Positions 28,624 to 36,768 of a stretch of DNA of 64,000 bases are shown here, in pieces (position 1 is the stretch's first letter; each line of letters opens with the position of its first letter). The DNA comes from Deltaproteobacteria bacterium. Lineage in GTDB: Bacteria; Myxococcota; Kuafuiibacteriia; Kuafuiibacteriales; Kuafuiibacteriaceae. The stretch is taken from the NCBI GenBank assembly GCA_040218735.1, contig JAVJQW010000057.1, forward strand, positions 256,001 to 320,000, in the 5' to 3' direction. The notes beneath the pieces were generated by a model. It was not told where the DNA came from. It did not search any database and was given only the letters and a program-made list of their open reading frames with translations. A program made the translations under genes and the position numbers.

Positions 28624-29225
28624 TGCGCGAGATCGACCCGAAGGACCTCGACCGACGGTCCGCGTACTTCTTCATGACGACGTCGGTCGTGCCACGCCCG
28701 ATCGGCTGGGCGAGCACGGTCAGCGAAACCGGCGCGGTGAACGTCGCGCCGTTTTCGTTCTTCAACGCCTGCTGCGCCGACCCGCCGATGGTGATGCTCA
28801 CCGTCGGCCGCCGGCGCGGCGAGCGAAAGGACACCGCCAACAACCTCCTGGCGACGAAGGAAGCAGTGGTCCACATCCCGACGCGCCCGGTCGCGGAGGC
28901 AATGGTGCAGACGTCCGCCGGGCTGCCGGCCGGCGAGAGCGAGATGGACTTCGCGAAGCTGACGGCCGTCGAGTCGAAGATCGTGAAGCCCCCGCGCATC
29001 GCGGAGGCCGCGGTCGCCATGGAGGCGAAGCTCGAGCGCCACCTGGAGATCGGCAACGGCACGGACATGTTCCTGCTGGAGGTCGTCTACTTCCACCTCG
29101 ACGAGGCCGTCCTCGGCGAAGACGGCTACCCCGACCCGGCGAAGCTCGCCGCCGTCGGCCGCCTCGGCGGAATCCGGTACTGCGAGACCACCGACGTCTT
29201 CGAAATCCCCGGCCCCCCGCGCTGA
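28623..29225 (+). CDS. flavin reductase-like (DIM6/NTAB) FMN-binding protein
   Basis: VVPRPIGWAST, NVAPFSFFN, KDTANN, VKPPRIAE, VGRLGG; TGATG coupling to the ALDH. Confidence 0.88.
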   Translation: MREIDPKDLDRRSAYFFMTTSVVPRPIGWASTVSETGAVNVAPFSFFNACCADPPMVMLTVGRRRGERKDTANNLLATKEAVVHIPTRPVAEAMVQTSAGLPAGESEMDFAKLTAVESKIVKPPRIAEAAVAMEAKLERHLEIGNGTDMFLLEVVYFHLDEAVLGEDGYPDPAKLAAVGRLGGIRYCETTDVFEIPGPPR

Positions 29226-30848
29226 TCACTCCGCGGGCAGCGCGTAGTCCGCGTACTGCTCCCTCAGCTTCCGCTTCAGCACCTTCCCCGTCGCGCCGAG
29301 CGGCAGCGCGTCCACGAACTCCACGGCGTTCGGGAGCCACCACTTCGTGAGGTGCTGACCGAGGAACTCGAGCAGCTCCTCCTTCGTGACCTCCTGGTCG
29401 GGCGCCTTCACCACGATGAGGAGCGGGCGCTCCTGCCACTTCGGATGCGGCACGCCGATGACCGCGGCCTGCGCGACCTTGGGGTGACGCATCGCCGCGT
29501 TCTCGACGCCGATGCTGCTGACCCACTCCCCGCCGGACTTGATGACGTCCTTGCTGCGGTCGGTGATGTGCATGTAGCCGTCGGCGTCGATCGTCGCGAT
29601 GTCGCCGGTGTAGAACCAACCGTCGACGTGGTTCGCGTCGGCCTCACGTTTGAAGTAGCTGCTCGCGACCCACGGGCCCTTGATCTGCAGGTGGCCGGAG
29701 GTCTCGCCGTCGTGCGCCAGGACCTTGCCGGCGTCGTCGACGATGCGGAGGTCGACGCCGAAGATCGGGCGGCCCTGCTTGATCTCGATCTGCCGGCGCT
29801 CCGCCTCCGAGAGGTCGGCGTGTTTCGGCAGCAGCACGTTCGCCGTGCCCAGCGGGGACGTCTCCGTCATGCCCCACGCATGGATGACCCGCGCGCCGTG
29901 CTCCTTCTCGAACGCCTCGATCATCGACGGCGGGACCGCCGAGCCGCCGATTGTCACCGTGTCGACCGTGTCGAACCGCTTCCCCGCGGCGCGCGCCGCC
30001 GCGAGCAGGCCCATCCAAACCGTGGGCACACCGAGCAGGCTCGTCACCTTCTCGGTCTCGATCAGCTCGATCAGGCTGTTGCCGTCCATCCCCGGCCCGG
30101 GGAACACGAGCTTCGAGCCGCTCATCACCGCGGCGTACGGCACCCCCCACGCGTTGACGTGGAACATGGGGACAATCGGCAACGTCACGCTCTTCGCGGA
30201 GATCGCCAGCGTGTCCGCCATACACACCGCGTAGGAGTGGAGCACCGTCGACCGGTGCGAGTAGAGGACGCCCTTCGGCTCCGCCGTCGTCCCCGACGTG
30301 TAACAGAGCGACGACGCGGTGTTCTCGTCGAGCTGCGGCCACGCGAAGTCCTCCGACGCATCCGCGATCAGCGACTCGTAGGCCTGCGCAGCCTCGAAGT
30401 CCGCGGGGCGGTGTGCGTCGTCCGTCATCGCGACGTAGCTCTTGATGGACGACCCCGACGCCGCGAGGAGCTGCGCCAACTTCGTGAACGTGGTGTCGAA
30501 GAACAACGCCGTGTCCTCCGCGTGACCGACCACGTACTTCAGCTGGTCCGGCGGCAAGCGCGGATTGATCGTGTGGAGGATCGCGCCCATCCCCGACACC
30601 GCAAAATACAGCTCGAGGTGCCGGTGCGTGTTCCAGGCGATCGTCGCGACACGGTCGCCCGCCTTGACGCCCATCGCCGCGAGCGCGTTCGCGAGTTTCT
30701 TCGAGCGGCGATGAATCTCGCCGTAGTTGCTCCGATGAATCGGACCTTCGACGGTGCGCGTGACGCACTCCACCGACGGGTGGAACTTCGCGGCGAACTC
30801 GATCTGGTTCGAGAGGAGGAGGGGCAGGTCCATCATTTGGCCGAGCAT
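29226..30848 (-). CDS. medium/long-chain acyl-CoA ligase (DmdB/AlkK-like)
   Basis: MLGQMMD start; YTSGTTAEPKGV, VPMFHVNAWG, AWGMTE, DRSKDVIKSGGEW. Confidence 0.9.
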   Translation of the reverse strand: MLGQMMDLPLLLSNQIEFAAKFHPSVECVTRTVEGPIHRSNYGEIHRRSKKLANALAAMGVKAGDRVATIAWNTHRHLELYFAVSGMGAILHTINPRLPPDQLKYVVGHAEDTALFFDTTFTKLAQLLAASGSSIKSYVAMTDDAHRPADFEAAQAYESLIADASEDFAWPQLDENTASSLCYTSGTTAEPKGVLYSHRSTVLHSYAVCMADTLAISAKSVTLPIVPMFHVNAWGVPYAAVMSGSKLVFPGPGMDGNSLIELIETEKVTSLLGVPTVWMGLLAAARAAGKRFDTVDTVTIGGSAVPPSMIEAFEKEHGARVIHAWGMTETSPLGTANVLLPKHADLSEAERRQIEIKQGRPIFGVDLRIVDDAGKVLAHDGETSGHLQIKGPWVASSYFKREADANHVDGWFYTGDIATIDADGYMHITDRSKDVIKSGGEWVSSIGVENAAMRHPKVAQAAVIGVPHPKWQERPLLIVVKAPDQEVTKEELLEFLGQHLTKWWLPNAVEFVDALPLGATGKVLKRKLREQYADYALPAE

Positions 30849-30909
30849 GCGGCGGACACTAGGACAGGTCCGCCCGGAGCGCACGCCGCACGCGGTCAAA
30901 CGCCTCGGC

Positions 30910-31680
30910 TCAATCGTCCGGCGCTTCGCCGACGATCCACGGGTAGCGCACCGTCGTCTTCGAAGCCGACGGCCCGAACTCGAGCGCCTCCATCACCGTG
31001 TGCACACAGAGCGCCTGCGCTTCCGAGATCGCGCCCGTCCGCTCTTCGGTACGCACGTTGGACACGACGCCGCGGTGATCGACGGTCCACACGAGTCGAA
31101 GCGTCGCAGGCGATGCGACGCCGGCCAGGCACGCGGACACCCGCGGCGCCGCCGTTTGTATCTTCGGGTAGAGATCGTCCTGGGTCCTCGGACTCCATCC
31201 GCAGCCCGCCTCGACGTTCACGTCGACGGCCTTGCGCTGCGCACACAGCTCCGCCAGCTCGGGCGCCTCCGGCGACAGCGCCGCGCCCACCGCGAACAAC
31301 ACGTGCACCGCGACCGACAGCATCAACACCCGCGCCGCGTTGCCCTCGAGCCGCAGGCGATTGAACCGCGGCAAGCGACGCGCCGGCTCGGCCGCGAGCT
31401 CCACCGTGAACTCGCCGACCGCGAAGCGCAGCACCTCGCCCACGTCCAGCCGACGCGCGCCGCCCCGCGTCGCGCCGCCCAGCTCCGGGATCCACGCCGT
31501 CACACCGCCGGCGCGGATCTCGGCGACGACGACCGGGCTGTCGAGCTCGACGATCGGGACCACGAAGTCGACGTTCGGACCCGCGACCGCCCCCAGCCGC
31601 ACTCGCGGTGAGGTGACGAAGCGGCTGTCGATCAACCCGCCCTGCCAGTAGACCCGAACCCGTACACCCAGCCGATCCAT
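30910..31680 (-). CDS. membrane protein with AgmX/PglI (TonB-like) C-terminal domain
   Basis: One TM (LSVAVHVLFAV); C-terminal VSAC...WTVDHRGVVSNV...ALCVHTVMEALEF...TVRYPW pattern. Confidence 0.55.
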   Translation of the reverse strand: MDRLGVRVRVYWQGGLIDSRFVTSPRVRLGAVAGPNVDFVVPIVELDSPVVVAEIRAGGVTAWIPELGGATRGGARRLDVGEVLRFAVGEFTVELAAEPARRLPRFNRLRLEGNAARVLMLSVAVHVLFAVGAALSPEAPELAELCAQRKAVDVNVEAGCGWSPRTQDDLYPKIQTAAPRVSACLAGVASPATLRLVWTVDHRGVVSNVRTEERTGAISEAQALCVHTVMEALEFGPSASKTTVRYPWIVGEAPDD

Positions 31681-31760
31681 CGCGAACCTTCGGACATCGT
31701 ACCAAGCCCGCCGGTTCCGCGCTTGACCAACCGCGCCCACGCGACGACACGAACCGACGC

Positions 31761-32696
31761 ATGTCGGACGCGATCCACACCGCCGCCGAGGCCCTCCGCC
31801 GCGGTGAGCTCGTCGCGTTCCCCACCGAGACCGTGTACGGGCTGGGCGCCCACGCGCTCGACGTCGACGCCGTCACGAAGATCTTCGAAGCCAAGGGCCG
31901 CCCGCGCTTCGACCCCCTCATCGTGCACGTGCCCTCCCTCGAAGCAGCCCGCGCCCTCTTCGCCGCGCCGCCCGCCGCCCTCGACCGCCTCGCCGAAGCG
32001 TTCTGGCCCGGGCCGCTCACCGTCGTCGCGAAGAAGGTCGACGCCGTCCCCGACCTCGTCACCGCCGGCCACGACACCGTCGCGGTCCGCGTCCCCGCCC
32101 ACCCGATGGCCAGGGCGCTCCTCGAAGCGGTCGCCCTCCCCATCGCCGCGCCCAGCGCGAACCCGTTCGGTGCGGTGAGCCCGACCCGCGCCGAGCACGT
32201 CGTCGCTCAGCTCGGCGATCGGGTGTCGATCGTCATCGACGGAGGCCCCTGCGAGGTCGGTGTGGAGTCGACCATCGTGGCGCTCGAGCCGACGCCGACC
32301 CTCCTGCGGCCCGGCGGTGTCGCGCTCGAATCGCTGGAGCGTGTTCTCGGGAGCGTCATGCTCCCGGACGCCGCCGAATACACGACCGCCTCGCCCGGGC
32401 GCCTTTCGAAGCACTACGCCACGTCGACGCCGCTGTATCTGGACCCGACCGAAGCGCCCGAAGGCGGCCGACGCGGGCTCCTCGCGTTCGAGGCCCCGGC
32501 CGACGGCTACGAGGTCGTGGAGGTGCTGAGCCCCGCCGGCGACCTCGCGGAGGCGGCGCAGCGCCTCTTCGCCGCGATGCGTCGTCTGGACGCGCTCGAC
32601 CTCGACGTGATCGTGGCCGAGCCGGTGCCGGAGACGGGTCTGGGGCGCGCGATCATGGACCGGCTCCGGCGCGCCGCCGCCAAACGCGGCCCGTGA
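31761..32696 (+). CDS. sua5: L-threonylcarbamoyladenylate synthase (Sua5/TsaC)
   Basis: VAFPTETVYGLG, AKGRP..PLIVH, FWPGPLT, AAPSAN, GVEST, SPG....HY and a C-terminal SUA5 domain. Confidence 0.93.
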   Translation: MSDAIHTAAEALRRGELVAFPTETVYGLGAHALDVDAVTKIFEAKGRPRFDPLIVHVPSLEAARALFAAPPAALDRLAEAFWPGPLTVVAKKVDAVPDLVTAGHDTVAVRVPAHPMARALLEAVALPIAAPSANPFGAVSPTRAEHVVAQLGDRVSIVIDGGPCEVGVESTIVALEPTPTLLRPGGVALESLERVLGSVMLPDAAEYTTASPGRLSKHYATSTPLYLDPTEAPEGGRRGLLAFEAPADGYEVVEVLSPAGDLAEAAQRLFAAMRRLDALDLDVIVAEPVPETGLGRAIMDRLRRAAAKRGP

Positions 32697-32739
32697 ACGC
32701 TTGCCAAGACCCCGGCCGAAATGATGTACCGCGTCACGC

Positions 32740-32946
32740 ATGACGACGCCGCAGATCGTCTTTTGGTCCATCACGGTGGGCCTGTGCGCCGTCCTGACCG
32801 TCGTCATGTTCCCGGGCGTGAAGCGACACGCCGAGTCCGAGCGCGACAGCTGGATCGCGTCCTTCATGGCCTCGGCCCTCTTCTCGACGTCGGTGGGTTT
32901 CGTCGTGTCCGCGATCGTCAACGCGGTCCTGGTGGCAGGAGGCTGA
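32740..32946 (+). CDS. small two-TM membrane protein
   Basis: 68 aa, two hydrophobic segments; fills the gap between sua5 and the PLD gene. Confidence 0.55.
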   Translation: MTTPQIVFWSITVGLCAVLTVVMFPGVKRHAESERDSWIASFMASALFSTSVGFVVSAIVNAVLVAGG

Positions 32947-32950
32947 TCGC

Positions 32951-33628
32951 GTGCGCGTGGACGAGCTCGACCGCCGCCTCGACGCCGTCCTCGCGGACGG
33001 GCGTGTCTCGCGCGCGGAGCTGAAGGCGCTGCGCGCCGAGCTGGCCGACGCCGACCCCGACCGCATCCCCGAGCTACGCGCGCGCGTCTTCGACCGGGCG
33101 CGAGCGAGCGCCGAACACCTCGGCGCCGCCGCGACGCTCGACTGGGTCGAAGCCGTCGTCAAAGCGATGACCGTCCCGGCCGAGGCGCCGGTGAAGTCCG
33201 CCGCGTTCTTCAGCCCCGGCGAAGAGTGCCTCAACGCGATCCTCGCGGCGCTCCGCACCGTGCAGAAGAGCGCGGACATCTGCGTCTTCACGATCACCGA
33301 CAACCGCATCGCGGACGGGATCCTCGGCGCGCACCAACGCGGCGTGAACGTGCGGGTGATCAGCGACGACGACAAGTCGGAGGACCGCGGCTCGGACGTG
33401 GACCGCATCGGCTTCTCGGGGGTCGCGCTCAAGTACGACGACTCACCGGCGCACATGCACCACAAGTTCGCGGTGTTCGATCGCGAACGGCTGCTCACCG
33501 GCAGCTACAACTGGACGCGAAGCGCGGCGCGCGAGAACCACGAGAACATCCTCGTGACGACGGATCGCGGCCTCGTCGCGCGCTACCAACACGAATTCGA
33601 TCGGCTGTGGTCCGACCTAGGGAGATGA
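32951..33628 (+). CDS. phospholipase D / Nuc-like single-HKD enzyme
   Basis: FFSPG, ICVFTITD, HMHHKFAVFD, TGSYNWTRSA...NHEN. Confidence 0.88.
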   Translation: MRVDELDRRLDAVLADGRVSRAELKALRAELADADPDRIPELRARVFDRARASAEHLGAAATLDWVEAVVKAMTVPAEAPVKSAAFFSPGEECLNAILAALRTVQKSADICVFTITDNRIADGILGAHQRGVNVRVISDDDKSEDRGSDVDRIGFSGVALKYDDSPAHMHHKFAVFDRERLLTGSYNWTRSAARENHENILVTTDRGLVARYQHEFDRLWSDLGR

Positions 33629-35445
33629 CGATGACGAGCTACCGTTCCGTGGCAGACATGTTCGAGAAGCGTGTCGCCTCCACCCCCAACAACCTCGCCT
33701 ATCAGTTCCCGGAAGGGGAGTCGGGCTGGCGCGGCATCACCTGGCGCGAAGCCGGTGAGCGTGTCCGCGCGATCGCGTGCGGCCTGCGGTCGCTGGGCCT
33801 CGAAGACGAGCAGCGCGTCGCGATTCAGTCGACCACGCGCGTCGAGTGGATCCTCGCCGACTTCGGCATCCTGTGTGGCGCCGGCGCGACGACGACGGTG
33901 TACCCGTCGAACACCTCCGAGGAGTGCGCGTTCATCCTGAGCGACTCCGAGACCGTCATGGTCTTCGCGGAGAACGACGAGCAGGTGCAGAAGCTCGTCG
34001 AGGCCAAGCCGAACATCCCCACGGTGAAGCAGGTCATCACCTTCGAAGGGAAGGCGAGCGACGACGGTTGGGTCATGACGCTCGACGACCTCATCGAGAA
34101 GGGCAAAGCGTGGGACGCCGAGAACGAAGGTCAGTACACGAAGATCGTCGAGAGCGTAGAGAGCACCGACCTCGCGACGTTGATCTATACGTCCGGGACG
34201 ACCGGCCGGCCGAAGGGGGTGGAGCTCACCCACGACTGCTGGGTGTTCGAGGGTGAGGCGATCCGCGAGACGGGCATCCTGCGCGCGGACGACCACCAGT
34301 ACCTGTGGCTCCCGCTGTCGCACTCGTTCGGCAAGGTGCTCGAGGTCGCGCAGCTCGCGGTCGGGTTCCCGACCACGGTCGACGGTCGCATCCCGAAGCT
34401 CGTCGACAACCTCGGCGTCATCAAGCCGACGTTCATGGCGGCGGCGCCGCGCATCTTCGAGAAGGTCTACAACAAGGTCGTGACCGGCGCGGCCGAGGCC
34501 GGCGGGATGAAGTACAAGATCTTCTCCTGGTCGGTGCAGGTCGGCCGTGAGGTCTCCGCGCTGAAGCAGCAGGGGCAGGAGCCCGGCGGCATGCTCGCGA
34601 TGAAGTTCTCCATCGCGGACAAACTCGTGTTCTCGAAGCTGCGCGATCGTTTCGGCGGGCGCATTCGTTTCTTCATCTCCGGCAGCGCGCCGCTGTCGCG
34701 CGAGATGGCAGAGTTCTTCCACGCGGCGAACATCCTCATCTGCGAGGGCTACGGGCTCACCGAGTCCAGCGCGGCGAGCTTCGTGAACCTACCGGGTGAG
34801 TTCCGGTTCGGCACCGTCGGCAAGCCCGTTCCGGGCGTGAAGGTGAAGATCGCGGACGACGGCGAGATCCTCCTCGGCGGCCGCGGGATCATGCGCGGTT
34901 ACCGCAACCTCCCCGACGTCACGTCCGAGACGCTCAACGAAGAAGGCTGGCTGATGACCGGCGACATCGGTGAGCTCGACGGCGACGGGTTCCTGAAGAT
35001 CACCGACCGCAAGAAGGACCTCATCAAGACGTCCGGCGGTAAGTACATCGCGCCGCAGAAGATCGAAGGCACGCTGAAGGCGCTGTGCCCGTACCTCAGC
35101 CAGGTCATCGTGCACGGCGACCGCCGAAACTTCTGCTCCGCGCTGGTGACGCTCGACGACGAGGCGATTCCGAAGTGGGCCGCCGAGCACGGCGTGGCCG
35201 GGAGCACCGCGGCGGACTTCTGCAAGGACGCGAAGGTCATCGCGATGGTCCAGGAGGCGGTCGACGAGCTGAACAAACAGCTCGCGAGCTACGAGACGAT
35301 CAAGAAGTTCGAGATCCTCGAACGCGACCTCACGATCGAGGACGGCGAGCTGACCGCGAGCCTGAAGGTGAAGCGCAAGGTCGTCGAGAAGAAACACATG
35401 GACAAACTCGACGCCTTCTACGGCGACGCCATGAAGAAGATCTGA
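33625..35445 (+). CDS. long-chain fatty acyl-CoA synthetase (AMP-forming, FadD15-like)
   Basis: IYTSGTTGRPKGV, EGYGLTE, TGDIG, DRKKDLIKTSGGKY; start at 33625 or 33631. Confidence 0.92.
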   Translation: MTMTSYRSVADMFEKRVASTPNNLAYQFPEGESGWRGITWREAGERVRAIACGLRSLGLEDEQRVAIQSTTRVEWILADFGILCGAGATTTVYPSNTSEECAFILSDSETVMVFAENDEQVQKLVEAKPNIPTVKQVITFEGKASDDGWVMTLDDLIEKGKAWDAENEGQYTKIVESVESTDLATLIYTSGTTGRPKGVELTHDCWVFEGEAIRETGILRADDHQYLWLPLSHSFGKVLEVAQLAVGFPTTVDGRIPKLVDNLGVIKPTFMAAAPRIFEKVYNKVVTGAAEAGGMKYKIFSWSVQVGREVSALKQQGQEPGGMLAMKFSIADKLVFSKLRDRFGGRIRFFISGSAPLSREMAEFFHAANILICEGYGLTESSAASFVNLPGEFRFGTVGKPVPGVKVKIADDGEILLGGRGIMRGYRNLPDVTSETLNEEGWLMTGDIGELDGDGFLKITDRKKDLIKTSGGKYIAPQKIEGTLKALCPYLSQVIVHGDRRNFCSALVTLDDEAIPKWAAEHGVAGSTAADFCKDAKVIAMVQEAVDELNKQLASYETIKKFEILERDLTIEDGELTASLKVKRKVVEKKHMDKLDAFYGDAMKKI

Positions 35446-36571
35446 TCCCCACCCCCAACAACACGATCGCGAGCGCCGCGCCGAACGAAGGGCGGCCCGC
35501 GGTCGTGCATCCGCCGCTCGGCTCCGACACCATCGGCTCGGGCATCGGCTCCGTCAGCCCCGCCTCCGTCCGAAGGTCGTTCCACTGGAAGTCACAGGTC
35601 GCGGCCTGGTCGGTCGTCAGGCCCTCCACGCTCGGCGACTCGACCCACGGCATCAGGAACACCGGTTCGCCGAGCGCCCCGTCGTCGGCCATCGCGAAGA
35701 CCTGCAAGTTCGAGCAAGCGTAGGCGCCCGCGGGGCCGTGCCCGAAGCACGTGACCTGCCGATCGTCGCCCGTCGGGGTCGCGACACCTTCGTTCACCAC
35801 GTGCAGCGCACTATCGATTGAAACGAACATCCGCCCATCGAGCCGCGTCACCGCGCCGACGATACCCGGCGTCTCGAACACGATCTCCATGACGCCCCCC
35901 ACCCGCTCCATCACGACGGAGGACACCGCGTCCGTCGCCACGGCGAACCGCGCGCCGTCCGGCGATGCGTGCAAGCTCACCTCCCAGGCGAGCCGCGGTA
36001 CGCCGTAGGTCGACGTCACGGTCCCCGCCACGTCGAGCTCCGTGAACTCGACCACCGACGCGGTCGTCGTGCGCGCGAGCAGCAGGCCGTCGTCGGTCGC
36101 GATGAGGTCCTGCCAAGGGTCGCGGTCCGCGAAGATGCGCTCCGGGCCCTCCTCGCGGAGACGGTAGAGCGCCGAGCCCTTCCCCTCGAGCACCAGCGCA
36201 AACGCACCTTCGGGGAGCACGGCGAGCTCCGGGAGCGCGACGACCGTCACGTCACCGAACTTGTCGGTGAGCGGCGTGAGGTCCGGCTCGAACAGCTGCG
36301 CGCCGTCGATCGTCACGAGCCACGTGCGGTCGTCGGCGGCGATCGCGGGCGGCGTATCGGGCCCGCCGTGCCGGACCGGGCACACGTAGCGCCATACTTC
36401 GTCCTCGCGGAGGACCAGCCCGTACGTGGTGAGGAGCAGCTGCGGGCGCGCCCCCGCGTCGTAGCGAACGACGCCGAGCGTTCGGGGCGCCAGGTGCGCC
36501 TCCGCCGTCCCCGCGAAGCCGAGCGCGAGGAGCGCTGCGATGAGCCCCCGCTTCAAGACGGACGTCATCAT
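35330..36571 (-). CDS. secreted beta-propeller-like protein with MYXO-CTERM-like tail
   Basis: Signal peptide ...GTAEA-H; C-terminal PMPEP linker, SGGC, hydrophobic helix and Arg run. Confidence 0.65.
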   Translation of the reverse strand: MMTSVLKRGLIAALLALGFAGTAEAHLAPRTLGVVRYDAGARPQLLLTTYGLVLREDEVWRYVCPVRHGGPDTPPAIAADDRTWLVTIDGAQLFEPDLTPLTDKFGDVTVVALPELAVLPEGAFALVLEGKGSALYRLREEGPERIFADRDPWQDLIATDDGLLLARTTTASVVEFTELDVAGTVTSTYGVPRLAWEVSLHASPDGARFAVATDAVSSVVMERVGGVMEIVFETPGIVGAVTRLDGRMFVSIDSALHVVNEGVATPTGDDRQVTCFGHGPAGAYACSNLQVFAMADDGALGEPVFLMPWVESPSVEGLTTDQAATCDFQWNDLRTEAGLTEPMPEPMVSEPSGGCTTAGRPSFGAALAIVLLGVGIRSSSWRRRRRRRVCPCVSSRRPCASPSGSRSARRPRS

Positions 36572-36731
36572 CGAGCGCCCGCCCCGATGGACGCAACCGG
36601 CGTGCGTCGGCGCACCTTGCGACCAACGTCACGCAGATTCGCCGACGCGATTCGAGGGACGCAGTTGCCACAAACGCAACTGCGGTCGCCGCCGTGGTCC
36701 CGATCCGTGCACGAGGGGGCTCCGCGGAGCC

Positions 36732-36747
36732 TGGCACGAAGCCTGCG
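36732..36747 (+). promoter_or_regulatory. putative sigma54 -24/-12 promoter
   Basis: TGGCACG-AAGC-CTGCG (GG-N10-GC) followed by AAGAGG and ATG 36769. Confidence 0.55.
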
Positions 36748-36768
36748 ACTAAGAGGCCCACCACACTC

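Noticed and set aside
27142-29225. ALDH and flavin reductase as missing steps of the pyrimidine pathway
   Set aside because: They lie 16 kb away and the motifs fit the KGSADH-like rather than the methylmalonate-semialdehyde dehydrogenase subfamily; nothing links them.
32951-33628. PLD nuclease as part of an anti-phage system (e.g. DISARM DrmC)
   Set aside because: No helicase, methylase or other defence genes nearby; the context is housekeeping and lipid metabolism.
35330-35445. Convergent 3' overlaps (also 7651-7711) as frameshifts or pseudogenes
   Set aside because: Both partners have complete-looking C-termini, and such overlaps are common in GC-rich genomes.
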